This document shows, in pieces, positions 38,596-48,772 of a stretch of 64,000 bases of DNA. The notes below the pieces were generated by a model. It saw only the letters and a list, made by a program, of their open reading frames with translations, did no database searches and was not told where the DNA came from. Position 1 is the first letter of the stretch; each line of letters starts with the position of its first letter. This DNA is from Obrimoposthia wandeli (Eukaryota), in NCBI GenBank assembly GCA_977020255.1, contig CDROCS010004540.1:1-64000 (forward strand). The letters are read 5' to 3'. The position numbers and the translations under genes are program-made.

Positions 38596-39411
38596 ATGAG
38601 TACAAATATGCAACTTATTGAAAATCACAAGACGACTGGCATTCCTTTTAGCAAGAATGCAAAACTTTCAGCGCGTAATGTGGATGTTTTTTATGGCGAC
38701 AAGCAAGCGATCTATGATGTCAATCTAGACATTGGCGCCAACGAAGTAATCGCCTTAATTGGTCCTTCCGGTTGTGGTAAGTCGACCTTTTTACGTACGC
38801 TAAATCGAATGAACGATACCATTGATATTTGCAAAATCACGGGCGAAATTTTGCTCGATAATGAAAATATCTATGATCCAAAGGTTGATACTGTTCCATT
38901 ACGTGCACGAGTAGGCATGGTATTTCAAAAACCGAATCCATTCCCTAAATCAATCTACGACAACGTGGCTTATGGCCCTCGTATTCACGGCTTAGCACAA
39001 AGCCGAGTAGAGCTTGATGAAATAGTAGAAAAGAGCTTAAAGCGAGCAGGTTTGTGGAACGAAGTTAAAGATCGTTTACATGCACCCGGCACAGGTCTTT
39101 CTGGTGGCCAGCAACAGCGTCTTTGTATTGCCCGTACCATTGCAGTTGATCCTGAAGTAATATTAATGGATGAGCCTTGTTCCGCACTGGATCCTATTGC
39201 AACCGCTAAAATCGAAGAGCTAATCGATGAGTTGCGTGAAAAATACACCATTGCCATCGTAACCCACTCGATGCAGCAAGCTGCTCGTGTATCACAACGC
39301 ACCGCTTACTTTCACCTAGGTCAATTGATCGAAGTGAACCCAACCAATCAAGTTTTCACAACCCCGCAACACGAGTTGACAGAAGCTTATATTACTGGCC
39401 GTTTTGGATAG
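38596..39411 (+). CDS. pstB: Phosphate ABC transporter ATP-binding protein
   Basis: [49 protein letters not shown] at 38596; the ORF track uses TTG at 38590. Confidence 0.97.
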   Translation: MSTNMQLIENHKTTGIPFSKNAKLSARNVDVFYGDKQAIYDVNLDIGANEVIALIGPSGCGKSTFLRTLNRMNDTIDICKITGEILLDNENIYDPKVDTVPLRARVGMVFQKPNPFPKSIYDNVAYGPRIHGLAQSRVELDEIVEKSLKRAGLWNEVKDRLHAPGTGLSGGQQQRLCIARTIAVDPEVILMDEPCSALDPIATAKIEELIDELREKYTIAIVTHSMQQAARVSQRTAYFHLGQLIEVNPTNQVFTTPQHELTEAYITGRFG

Positions 39412-39436
39412 CCCATCTTAATTAAGGAGTATAATA

Positions 39437-40159
39437 ATGGATATGAATTTTAATCAGCACATTTCGCAGCAGTTTAATGCTGACCTAGAGGCTATTCGCA
39501 ATCAAATGTTGGCGATGGGCGGCCTAGTACAGCGTCAAGTTGCTGATGCTATTGACGCGATTTGTACCGGTGATACCAGCTCGGCCGATAAAATCATTCA
39601 GCGTGAAGATGACGTCGATGAAATGGAAGTAAGCATCGATCAAGAGTGCACCCACATTCTTGTTCGTCGCCAGCCTGCGGCTTCTGATTTACGCATGGTC
39701 TTAGCGGTTTCCCGTGTTGTGCGTGATTTAGAACGTATGGGCGACGAAGCGGCCAAGGTTGCTATTCACGCGCTTGAGGTTGCCAATGGTAATCAAGCGG
39801 GTTCAAAAATGTGTAACCAGTCCATTCGACACATGGGCTCAGCGGTAGTAAAAATGACGTCTGATGCTTTAGACGCTTTTGCTCGCCACGACATAGAAGG
39901 CGCGATTGAGGTAGTACGCAGCGATAAAATGGTGGACGAGCAATATGCTTCTGCTATTCGTGAACTGAGCACCTATATGATGGAAGACCCTCGCTCTATT
40001 GGCCAGGCGATTAACATTTTATGGATTTTACGGGCGATTGAGAGAATCGGTGATCATGCCCGTAATATCAGCGAGCAGGTTATCTATCTAGTCAGTGGTA
40101 CAGATGTTCGCCATAGCACGCTATCGGAAATGGAAGAGCAGGCACAAGGAGACATTTAG
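39437..40159 (+). CDS. phoU: Phosphate signalling complex protein
   Basis: HISQQFN.DLE, RRQPAASDLR, DLERMGD, ERIGDHA.NI. AAGGAG SD. Confidence 0.96.
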   Translation: MDMNFNQHISQQFNADLEAIRNQMLAMGGLVQRQVADAIDAICTGDTSSADKIIQREDDVDEMEVSIDQECTHILVRRQPAASDLRMVLAVSRVVRDLERMGDEAAKVAIHALEVANGNQAGSKMCNQSIRHMGSAVVKMTSDALDAFARHDIEGAIEVVRSDKMVDEQYASAIRELSTYMMEDPRSIGQAINILWILRAIERIGDHARNISEQVIYLVSGTDVRHSTLSEMEEQAQGDI

Positions 40160-40218
40160 ACTTCTAATACTCAACTATTGCTTGATCATTCTTTATAATC
40201 ATCTTTTTTGATTACTTT

Positions 40219-40245
40219 AAAACCCACCTTCTGGTGGGTTTTTTT
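40219..40245 (+). terminator. Intrinsic terminator after phoU
   Basis: AAAACCCACC-TTCT-GGTGGGTTTTTTT. Confidence 0.9.
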
Positions 40246-40368
40246 ATTTCTACCGCCATCATAAATTTGACACAACCCCCCTTCATGATTGGTTATACGT
40301 TAATCAGCCACCTTAAGTATTGCGGCATCATAACTTCCCTGATAGCTTTGACTTGGGTTTAATATAGA

Positions 40369-40462
40369 TTTCACATAAGTTTCATATAGGTTTCATCTAA
40401 GATTCACAAATATGAAATATTACTACCCTTGTAATATTTCTGTAACATAGTTGAAACATAAT
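40369..40462 (+). promoter_or_regulatory. PHO box promoter of the porin, with upstream 11-bp phased units
   Basis: TTGTAATATTTCTGTAAC (40429-46), 10 nt, then CATAAT (40457-62). Four (T/A)TTCA units start at 40369, 40380, 40391 and 40402. Confidence 0.75.
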
Positions 40463-40487
40463 TATCACGAATTTAAAAACATCATAA

Positions 40488-40514
40488 ATAAGCGGCTTCA
40501 CTCATAAGCGGCTT
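40488..40514. repeat. Direct repeat ATAAGCGGCTT x2 (16-bp period) in the porin leader
   Basis: Copies at 40488-40498 and 40504-40514. Confidence 0.6.
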
Positions 40515-40533
40515 AACTATTTTAAAACGTAGA

Positions 40534-41472
40534 ATGGAAATAATCATGAAAAAAACAATTTTATCACTGGCTATCGCAGCTACATTACCCGCTTTCGCTA
40601 ACGCTGAAAAAGTAGAAGTAGAATTGCCTGAGTTTTACGGAAAAATTAATGTTTCTGTACAGAATACTCAAGAAGGTGATACCAGCGTCTCTGAAGTTGT
40701 ATCGAACGCTTCACGCTTAGGTGTTAAAGGTAAAATCGACCTTAAGCATGGCTTACAAGGTGTTTATCAAGCTGAATATGAAATGCAGGTTGATGAAGGC
40801 GAAAAAGGCGGAAAAACTTTCAGCCAGCGTAATACGTTTGCCGGTATTAAAGGCAACTTTGGTCAAGTTATCGTTGGTCAGTTTGATACGCCATTAAAGA
40901 AAGCGCAAAAGAAAGTTGATCTTTTCAACGATCTTGAAGGCGACATAAAAAGCGCGATTTCAAAAAGTGATAATCGTGAAAAGAACTCTGTTCAATATAA
41001 TACACCGACTATCGCAGGCTTAGTCGCTACCGTTGCTCATATTGCTTCTGAAAGTGAGACAATAAACGACGGTACGTCTAGCTCATTAACCTATTCTAAC
41101 AAAAAGTATTATGCAGCCATTGCTTATGATACTGATGTGAATGTAGATTCTGATGTATTACGTATTGTTGCTCAATATACTATCGCAGACTTAACGTTGG
41201 GTGGTTTATGGGAACAAGACAACCGTCAAGGTGAAAACAACGATAACGAAGGTTGGGTTTACTCAGCGGCTTATAAGCTAACGTCAGACATTAAATTAAA
41301 AGCTCAGTATGGCGAGTCTGATATCGTTAAAGACGATGCTAAAACATACAGCCTTGGTGCAGATTATAAACTAGCCGAAGATGCTAAAGCTTATGCCTTT
41401 ATAACTGACGAAGAGTTTGGCGACAATAGTAGCAACGAATACTACGGTATTGGCTTAGAATATAAATTCTAA
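40534..41472 (+). CDS. Gram-negative outer-membrane porin, probably phosphate-starvation induced
   Basis: Signal peptide MKKTILSLAIA (likely start 40546), SRLGVKG, RNTFAG, GQFDTP, C-terminal YKF. PHO box upstream. Confidence 0.88.
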   Translation: MEIIMKKTILSLAIAATLPAFANAEKVEVELPEFYGKINVSVQNTQEGDTSVSEVVSNASRLGVKGKIDLKHGLQGVYQAEYEMQVDEGEKGGKTFSQRNTFAGIKGNFGQVIVGQFDTPLKKAQKKVDLFNDLEGDIKSAISKSDNREKNSVQYNTPTIAGLVATVAHIASESETINDGTSSSLTYSNKKYYAAIAYDTDVNVDSDVLRIVAQYTIADLTLGGLWEQDNRQGENNDNEGWVYSAAYKLTSDIKLKAQYGESDIVKDDAKTYSLGADYKLAEDAKAYAFITDEEFGDNSSNEYYGIGLEYKF

Positions 41473-41520
41473 TTTTTCCCGATTATAAATCGGCAAAACT
41501 TAGACCTAAAATCTAATGCA

Positions 41521-41561
41521 ATAAAAAGGGGCTTCTATCAAAAATAGAAACCCCTTTTTAT
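41521..41561. terminator. Bidirectional terminator between the porin and phoR
   Basis: ATAAAAAGGGG.TTCTAT-N5-ATAGAA.CCCCTTTTTAT. Confidence 0.85.
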
Positions 41562-41599
41562 TACCCGCTATTCAGACAATGAAACATATACTCAACAGG

Positions 41600-42922
41600 T
41601 CAATCTTGATGCTGACGCGTGCGCTCTGTGGGGATAACAAAACTAAAACGACTGCCCTGACCAAGGGTTGATTCAATTTTTAAGGTAGCATCATGATGCT
41701 CTAAAGCATGACGAACAATTGCTAAGCCTAATCCAGAACCACCGACTGTAGACTCTCTAGATTCATCAACACGATAAAAGCGTTCGGTCAGATGCGCTAA
41801 ATGATTTGCCGCAATACCTTCACCCTGATCGGCAATGGTAATTTCAACACCATTATGGGTATTTTTAATACTGATACTAACCTGCGCTGCTTGTCCTTCT
41901 TTACGTCCGTACTTAATCGCATTGGTAATTAAGTTGCTAATAACGGAACTCATTTCGTCGGCAAAACCAAAAATCTCTATCTCTGAACGGCAATCACAAC
42001 TAATTTCAGCAGCGGGTAATTTTTCACCACTTAAAGACGTTGGAATATAAGATCTTAACTGATCGATGCTAATCGCGCACAAAGGTTGTAATTCAAACCA
42101 TATACCGCCGGCACCGGCATTATTGCTTTCTAATTTGGATAGATGTAATAGATCATTCACTAGGCTTTTCATACGATCGCCTTGCTCAGTCATTCGCGCA
42201 ATAGCGCGGGTAATCCCTGGATTCGTATCGGCATCACCGAGCATCTCTAAATAACCACTAATAACGGTTAAAGGCGTGCGTAACTCGTGCGATACATCGG
42301 CAATGAAGTTCTGCCTCATATTCTCAACACGTTGACGTTCAGTTACATCTCGTACCATAATAACTTTTTGATCACTGCCAAATTGTGCCACTTGAACCTG
42401 AACAATTAAATTTAAATTGTGAGGACTTTCCAGCTCAATCACTTCGCGATAATCACTCTCGTTAAAGTACTTAACAAAACGCGGTGCACGTATCAGATTG
42501 GTAATATGCTGACCTTTATCGGTATCCACCCTTAAACCCAATAGGTGGCAAGATGCACGATTAAAAGCGGTCATATAACCGGCTTTATTGACGATTAAAA
42601 CACCATCTTGTAACGATTCAATGCCTTCAGTAATACGCTTAATTTGTTTATTTTTTTTATCGATTTTTTTCTTTAATAATCGCTCTCGTCGCTGCAGAAC
42701 ATCGGCACTGTAACCAACCAGTCCGCTGTCTTGAGGCGCTGGACCTTGATTATTACTCCAACGAAAAAGCTCATTTAAACGCCTCAACATCAAGAGTTGG
42801 GAAACGACTAAACCGACAAAGGCTCCCCAAAAAATTTGACCAAACGACATACCTGCGACTGCTGCAATCGCAACAATAAATACAATACGTAAAAACTCAC
42901 GCTGCCAAGCTATTTGTTGCAA
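41600..42922 (-). CDS. phoR: Phosphate regulon sensor kinase
   Basis: PAS (ITNLIRAPRF), ADVSHELRTPLTVISGY, NAIKY, TERFYRVD.SR, GSGLGLAIV.H. Confidence 0.95.
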   Translation of the reverse strand: MQQIAWQREFLRIVFIVAIAAVAGMSFGQIFWGAFVGLVVSQLLMLRRLNELFRWSNNQGPAPQDSGLVGYSADVLQRRERLLKKKIDKKNKQIKRITEGIESLQDGVLIVNKAGYMTAFNRASCHLLGLRVDTDKGQHITNLIRAPRFVKYFNESDYREVIELESPHNLNLIVQVQVAQFGSDQKVIMVRDVTERQRVENMRQNFIADVSHELRTPLTVISGYLEMLGDADTNPGITRAIARMTEQGDRMKSLVNDLLHLSKLESNNAGAGGIWFELQPLCAISIDQLRSYIPTSLSGEKLPAAEISCDCRSEIEIFGFADEMSSVISNLITNAIKYGRKEGQAAQVSISIKNTHNGVEITIADQGEGIAANHLAHLTERFYRVDESRESTVGGSGLGLAIVRHALEHHDATLKIESTLGQGSRFSFVIPTERTRQHQD

Positions 42923-42961
42923 AATACGGCATCCTTACAACGTTTAGTAGTCGCCAGAATA

Positions 42962-43672
42962 TTACTCTGGCGTAAAGTTTTCAGTCGAAAAGCGATACCC
43001 TGCGCCTCGCACTGTTTGAATCATAGTCTCATGATTCAAGATCGAAATACTTTTGCGTAAACGACGAATATGCACATCCACCGTTCTATCTTCTACATAG
43101 ACATTGCCTCCCCAAACTCGGTCGAGCAATTGTTCGCGGGAGTATACGCGATCGGGGTGCAACATGAAAAACTCTAACAAACGAAACTCTATCGGACCTA
43201 GACTTATGTCATTATCAGCAATATTAGCTTTCTTTGCTGAACGATCTAAAACCAGCTGTCCAGCCGTTAATCCCTTGCCTTCAATATCAGCATGACCACG
43301 ACGTAAAACGGCTTTAATCCGCGCTAATAACTCTCTTGGCGAAAAAGGTTTTACCACATAGTCGTCAATGCCAGCATCAAAGCCTTTAATTTTATCGTCT
43401 TCATCTGATTTTGCTGTTAATAAAATAATCGGAATTTCAGCGGTATTCTCTTCTCGCTTAAGGCGTTTCGCTAACTCGATTCCCGTCATCATTGGCATCA
43501 TCCAATCCGCTAGAATTAAGTCAGGCGCATCATCCAGCACCATCTGATAAGCAATCTGACCATTCGCCGCACGCTTAACCTGATAATCCGCCATTTCTAG
43601 GCTGGTGATAATCATCTCTGCAATTGCTTGCTCGTCTTCTACCACTAATATGCTGGCCAATGCCATAATCAA
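42962..43672 (-). CDS. phoB: Phosphate regulon response regulator
   Basis: ILADWMMP, DDYVVKPFSP.EL, REQLLDRVWG.NVYVEDRTVDVHIRRLRK. Confidence 0.97.
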   Translation of the reverse strand: MIMALASILVVEDEQAIAEMIITSLEMADYQVKRAANGQIAYQMVLDDAPDLILADWMMPMMTGIELAKRLKREENTAEIPIILLTAKSDEDDKIKGFDAGIDDYVVKPFSPRELLARIKAVLRRGHADIEGKGLTAGQLVLDRSAKKANIADNDISLGPIEFRLLEFFMLHPDRVYSREQLLDRVWGGNVYVEDRTVDVHIRRLRKSISILNHETMIQTVRGAGYRFSTENFTPE

Positions 43673-43737
43673 CCTCTGAACTTAAATTCGCACGTTGGGC
43701 TATTTTTAATCAATAAGATCCAAGCTGTCTTATGCTG

Positions 43738-44739
43738 CTATGTTAACAGACAAGCCAACAAGTTTTTTTCTATTTGAGGTTTATTTAACGTTTGATTATG
43801 AATAATCTCAATGCGACTTTGCTGCAATTTTCTCGTCGGCATTTCCGTGAAGACCTGATCTTTTAAATTCATGACCCGCGTACCTTGGTCAGTGATAAAT
43901 AAACCTTTTACACGTTCAACGTCTAATAGCATTAACCATTGAGTTAAAGCTGAGTGATCAAAAACTTGATCTTCTGCTAATAACCAGCCTAACGAGTAAT
44001 AACCCATACCTTGGTTTTCAAAGGCTTGATAAGCTTGCCCTTCATCTAAGCTTACCAGCGCTAAAGCTTCCTCTTTATGATCAGAAGAATGATGATGGTT
44101 ATGCCCATGCTGATGAGACTTACTGACACGACTTTCATCACGTTTTAAATTTAACCACCCAAGATCTAGCTTACCCTGTTCAACCCAACCTAAAGCACTT
44201 TTAATAGGCTGAATTGACTGAGCAAACTGATAAAAGTTTTCTTTATCTTGCTCGTTACAGGTATCTGTTTTATTCGCCACCAGCACATCCGCTAAATAAC
44301 ATTGATCATTAAAGGTTTCATGCTGCTGATAACGAGGGTCTTTTAATTGTCTTGGGTCGAGCAAACAGATAGCGGCCTTAAGCTCGACATGCTGTTGATA
44401 GTCTTTCGAGGTCAAGGTACGAATTAAATTTCTCGGATGGCCCAAACCTGTTGGCTCGATTAAAATTCGATCAGGTTTCTGTTGAGCAATAAGATTCGCC
44501 AGTGCGGCTTGAAAAGGTATGCCCGATACGCAGCACAAACAACCGCCTGGTACTTCACTAATCACCATGCCCGATTCAGCCGAAAGAATAGCGCCATCAA
44601 TGCCAACTTCACCAAACTCATTAACTAAAACAGCCCATTTTTCATCAGCAGGCTTTTGCTGCAAAACATTCAGTATCGACGTGGTTTTACCCACGCCTAA
44701 AAAACCCATGATAATATTAATGGTGATTTTCTTTGTCAT
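43738..44739 (-). CDS. COG0523/CobW family metal-chaperone GTPase
   Basis: GFLGVGKTT, NEFGE, GGCLCC, EPTGLG, NKTD, His-rich HQHGHNHHH. Confidence 0.9.
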   Translation of the reverse strand: MTKKITINIIMGFLGVGKTTSILNVLQQKPADEKWAVLVNEFGEVGIDGAILSAESGMVISEVPGGCLCCVSGIPFQAALANLIAQQKPDRILIEPTGLGHPRNLIRTLTSKDYQQHVELKAAICLLDPRQLKDPRYQQHETFNDQCYLADVLVANKTDTCNEQDKENFYQFAQSIQPIKSALGWVEQGKLDLGWLNLKRDESRVSKSHQHGHNHHHSSDHKEEALALVSLDEGQAYQAFENQGMGYYSLGWLLAEDQVFDHSALTQWLMLLDVERVKGLFITDQGTRVMNLKDQVFTEMPTRKLQQSRIEIIHNQTLNKPQIEKNLLACLLT

Positions 44740-44759
44740 ACATATCTCAAATTTATTCT

Positions 44760-47258
44760 TTAGAGCTTTCTTAAAATCACTAGCGGTGGTTGCTTAATCA
44801 CCTGAATCAAACTGCGATTAGCCAATGCAGAAATCATAATAGCCGAACACACTGGCAACCAAAACCAATAACTCAGATGCCAAGGGTATTCTAATTCGAA
44901 TAATCGTTGGTATAAAATCCAGCAAATAACCTCAGCTCCCGCCACGGCAATAAGACCCGCTAAAGCGCCAAGCAATAAAAACTCAAACCATTGCATTAAT
45001 TGCAGCTGTTGACGCTTTGCTCCTAAGGTTCTTAATACCGCACCTTGCTGTAAGCGGTCATCAAGACTTGAATGCAATGCCGCGATCAAAACCAACATCC
45101 CTGCTAGCAATACCAAGATTAATAAATATTCAACGGCCAGCGTGACTTGACCTAATAAGGTCTGAACTTGAATCAGCACCTGACTCATATCTAATAAAGT
45201 AATGCCGGGGTATTGGCGAATTATTTGTGTGAGTTGACCATTATATTCTTCAGGCACATAAAAGCTGGTCAGATAATTAAGTGGCAGCTGTTCAACTAAA
45301 TCGGTTGAAAATAAAATATAAAAATTGGGTTTCATGCTTCCCCAATCGACCTTCCGTAGGCTGCCAATACGAGCATTTATTTCTTGCCCAGCAATATCAA
45401 AAGTAAGCTGATCACCGACTTTAAGCCGCAAACGTTTAGCCAAACTTTGGGCAACCGATACTTCGGAAATAGACTTATCAGTAAACCAAGCGCCAGCGGT
45501 AATAATATTTCCAAGCGGTAACTCACCGCCACCACTAAGCACTAAATCACGCTGTAACGCGGGGTCTTTCGAATATTCAGCATCGTCTTTAACCACTAGG
45601 TCATTTATGGCGGTCAAACGACCAGGCACCATTGGAAAGGCGGTTGAAGTAGTGAAGCCCGCACTTTCTAGGTCCTTTTGATAACTCTCTATTTGATAGC
45701 CTTGAATATTCATGGCAAAGAAATTGGCGCTATCTTGCGGTAAGTTTTTTTGCCAGTCCTGTAATAAATCATTACGCACAATTCCAATAATGAGCATCAC
45801 CATTAAGGTTAATGAAAACGCTAAAATTTGAATTGATGTCCGATAACGATCACGATTAATCTGCTGCCAAGCAAAGCGCAGACTCATTGATAGCTTGGCT
45901 TTAGGTATTATTTTATCTGCTGTAAAAAGTAATAGCTGCAATACAAACAACAGGACTAATAGAATAAAGAAACCACCCACAATGATTATCAAAGTCATTG
46001 TAAGATTCTGGCTAAACCAAAAATTAAGTAATGCCATCATGGCTAAACCCAAGCCATAAATAGCCCAACTGTTCCACGCCATCGGTTCTAGCTCACGGCG
46101 TAAAACACGTAACGGCGATACTCGGCCCAAACGTAATAGCGGCGGTAAAGCAAAACCGATTAAGGTAATCGGTGCCGTTAAGCTGGCAATAAACCATGCC
46201 GAATAACCTGCACGGGGTAAGCTAGCATCAGCCGCGCCTTGATTAAACGCCGTGGCTAATAGCTGCGTTAAAACCTCCTGACCGACATAGCCCAACATCA
46301 AACCGATTAAGCTAGTAAAAAGGGCCAGAAACATCAACTGATAAAGATACAGTCGCGTCACATAACGTCGGCTCGCACCTAAGGTTCTTAATAAAGCGCT
46401 GCTATCAAAATGCTGGCGAGCATAATCTTGCGCCGCCATTGCAATCGCAATACCGGCAAGAATAATCGCTAACATAGCCGCCAACGATAAATAACTGCGC
46501 GCTTTAGACAATGATGCCGCCAATGCTTGATTATTATCGGTTAACGATTCAAAACTTTGATGACTGGCTAATAAGGGTTTTAGATTCTGTTTTAACGTGT
46601 CTAATGCTAAGTCTTCACCTGCCACAAGCATGCGCCAACTGACTCGGCTGCCAGGTTGAACGAGCTTAGCGGCTTCTACATCCTGTAAATTCATCATTAA
46701 GCGGGGGGATAGACTGTAAAAGTTGCCGGCGCGATCACTTTCATTAATAAGTACCGCCGCCACCTCTAAAGTAATGGCACCAACTTCAATCACGTCACCA
46801 AGCTGTGCATTTAACAAGGCTAATAAGCGTGGCTCTAGCCAAACCTGCCCGCTACTCGGCCCTTGCTGTAATGCAGGATTTTTCTGGCTCGCCAGTTGTC
46901 CTTTTAAGGGATAGCCCTGATCCACAGCTTTAACTGCCGCCAATGCCATTTCATCGCCTAACAATACGACACTGGGAAATTCTAGAGTGGTCGTGGTTGC
47001 AAGACCTAAAGCTTGCGCCTGCTGATACCAATCTTGAGAAATTTTCTCCCGCGACAAAAGGCGCAGATCAGCTCCTAATAACTCACTGCTTTTATTTAAC
47101 ATGGCGCTATCGAGGCGCTGACTAAATACACTGATTATGGTTGCCGAACTGACTGCTAGAATCAATGCCAGCATGATAACGGTCATTTTCCCTGCACGTA
47201 TCTCTGCAACCAATAGCCGTAAACTCAATAGATAAAGCTGAAGTGAGTTAACCCTCAT
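44760..47258 (-). CDS. ybbP: FtsX-like ABC permease (YbbP family)
   Basis: 832 aa with two MacB/FtsX halves; LLGADL, R.VDWGSM.PNF, LRTLGA. Confidence 0.8.
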   Translation of the reverse strand: MRVNSLQLYLLSLRLLVAEIRAGKMTVIMLALILAVSSATIISVFSQRLDSAMLNKSSELLGADLRLLSREKISQDWYQQAQALGLATTTTLEFPSVVLLGDEMALAAVKAVDQGYPLKGQLASQKNPALQQGPSSGQVWLEPRLLALLNAQLGDVIEVGAITLEVAAVLINESDRAGNFYSLSPRLMMNLQDVEAAKLVQPGSRVSWRMLVAGEDLALDTLKQNLKPLLASHQSFESLTDNNQALAASLSKARSYLSLAAMLAIILAGIAIAMAAQDYARQHFDSSALLRTLGASRRYVTRLYLYQLMFLALFTSLIGLMLGYVGQEVLTQLLATAFNQGAADASLPRAGYSAWFIASLTAPITLIGFALPPLLRLGRVSPLRVLRRELEPMAWNSWAIYGLGLAMMALLNFWFSQNLTMTLIIIVGGFFILLVLLFVLQLLLFTADKIIPKAKLSMSLRFAWQQINRDRYRTSIQILAFSLTLMVMLIIGIVRNDLLQDWQKNLPQDSANFFAMNIQGYQIESYQKDLESAGFTTSTAFPMVPGRLTAINDLVVKDDAEYSKDPALQRDLVLSGGGELPLGNIITAGAWFTDKSISEVSVAQSLAKRLRLKVGDQLTFDIAGQEINARIGSLRKVDWGSMKPNFYILFSTDLVEQLPLNYLTSFYVPEEYNGQLTQIIRQYPGITLLDMSQVLIQVQTLLGQVTLAVEYLLILVLLAGMLVLIAALHSSLDDRLQQGAVLRTLGAKRQQLQLMQWFEFLLLGALAGLIAVAGAEVICWILYQRLFELEYPWHLSYWFWLPVCSAIMISALANRSLIQVIKQPPLVILRKL

Positions 47259-48043
47259 GCATTAACCCCTTGCAGTGAGTCGGTTAGGCCATCCGTAGCA
47301 CCCTCATTAATATCAGCATTAACATCACCGTTAACTCTGTCACTAACAATCATACCGTCATCAATATGAAGACTGCGCTGGCATCGCTGGGCGAGGTGCT
47401 CATCGTGAGTCACTAGCACTAAGCTGGTTTGATTTAGCTGATTAAGTTCAAACAGCAAATCGATAATGGTTTTCCCCGTCTTACGATCGAGATTGCCCGT
47501 TGGTTCATCGGCGAATAATACCGAAGGCTGACAAGCAAATGCACGAGCGATGGCCACTCGCTGCTGCTCGCCACCGGATAGTTGAGCTGGGTAGTGTTGC
47601 AAGCGATGTCCCAAGCCAACTTTATCTAACCATTGCTGTGCGATTGCTTGGCATTCTTTGAGGGAATACTTCTGTGTCATTTCTAACGGTAAGCGCACAT
47701 TCTCTAACGCCGTCAACGCCGGTAATAACTGAAAGTTTTGGAATACGAAGCCAACACCATCAGCACGGACCGCCGCGCGCTGATCTTCGTCTAAATTGTG
47801 CAATGCCTGACCATTGAGCCAAACCTCACCCGAGGTAGCCTGATCTAAACCGGCCATAATACCTAATAGTGTTGACTTACCACTGCCTGAAGCACCCACA
47901 ATCGCTAAACTTTCGCCGTGCTTGATCTGAAGATCTAACCCTTGCAGAATGGTCAGCTGTTCTGAGCCTGTTTTTACCTGCTTCACGACATTTTTAAGAT
48001 CTAATAAAGGAACCTGTTGCTCATGTTCGATTTTCGTATTCAT
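47255..48043 (-). CDS. ybbA: ABC transporter ATP-binding protein (YbbA family)
   Basis: GASGSGKST, LSGGEQQRVAIARAF, FADEPTGNLD. Overlaps tesA head-to-head, as in E. coli. Confidence 0.85.
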   Translation of the reverse strand: MNTKIEHEQQVPLLDLKNVVKQVKTGSEQLTILQGLDLQIKHGESLAIVGASGSGKSTLLGIMAGLDQATSGEVWLNGQALHNLDEDQRAAVRADGVGFVFQNFQLLPALTALENVRLPLEMTQKYSLKECQAIAQQWLDKVGLGHRLQHYPAQLSGGEQQRVAIARAFACQPSVLFADEPTGNLDRKTGKTIIDLLFELNQLNQTSLVLVTHDEHLAQRCQRSLHIDDGMIVSDRVNGDVNADINEGATDGLTDSLQGVNA

Positions 48044-48691
48044 CAATCGTTTCGCCTTTTCGCTATCATTCTGTGCTTATTGCTTAAACTGAGCTTACCT
48101 CAAGCCCATGCGGGGGAAAACAGTCCTTTACAACAACAGACAATTCTTGTTTTAGGCGATAGCATCAGTGCTGGCTTCGGTATTGATAAACAACAAGGCT
48201 GGGTTGCTTTATTAGAAGGGAAGCTAATACAAGAATTCCCTCAATATACCGTCATTAATGCCAGCATTAGTGGTGAGACCACCAGTGGTGGCGCAAATCG
48301 TCTTAACTCATTATTAGTAAAACATCAGCCAAGCTTAGTCATTCTAGAATTAGGGGGTAACGATGGTTTAAGAGGCACTCCCATCAAGCTAATGGTCCAA
48401 AACCTAACAACTATGATTAAGCTAAGCCAAGATGCTGGTGCCAAGGTTTTATTGCTTGGCATGCGCATTCCGCCTAACTACGGACAAAGATATAGCGAGC
48501 TATTTGCAAATCAGTACTCACAACTAGCGACCGATCTAAATGTAAAATTAGTTAAATTTTTATTAAGCGATATTGTGGGGCAAGCAGGGATGATGCAAGC
48601 TGATGGTATTCATCCAACACAGAATGCCCAGCCTATAATGATGCAAAGCGTATGGCAGGCATTAAAGCCGTTAATGTCATCCATTAAATAA
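48017..48691 (+). CDS. tesA: SGNH arylesterase / acyl-CoA thioesterase I
   Basis: GDSISAG, NASISGETT, ELGGNDG, DGIHP. Exact start uncertain. Confidence 0.9.
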   Translation: MLMFDFRIHQSFRLFAIILCLLLKLSLPQAHAGENSPLQQQTILVLGDSISAGFGIDKQQGWVALLEGKLIQEFPQYTVINASISGETTSGGANRLNSLLVKHQPSLVILELGGNDGLRGTPIKLMVQNLTTMIKLSQDAGAKVLLLGMRIPPNYGQRYSELFANQYSQLATDLNVKLVKFLLSDIVGQAGMMQADGIHPTQNAQPIMMQSVWQALKPLMSSIK

Positions 48692-48772
48692 TAACAATAG
48701 GCAATAATGCAGGTGATATAGCGGCTACACTTAATTTATCCATCGACTTTACTAAGGTTAAGATGCTTACCC

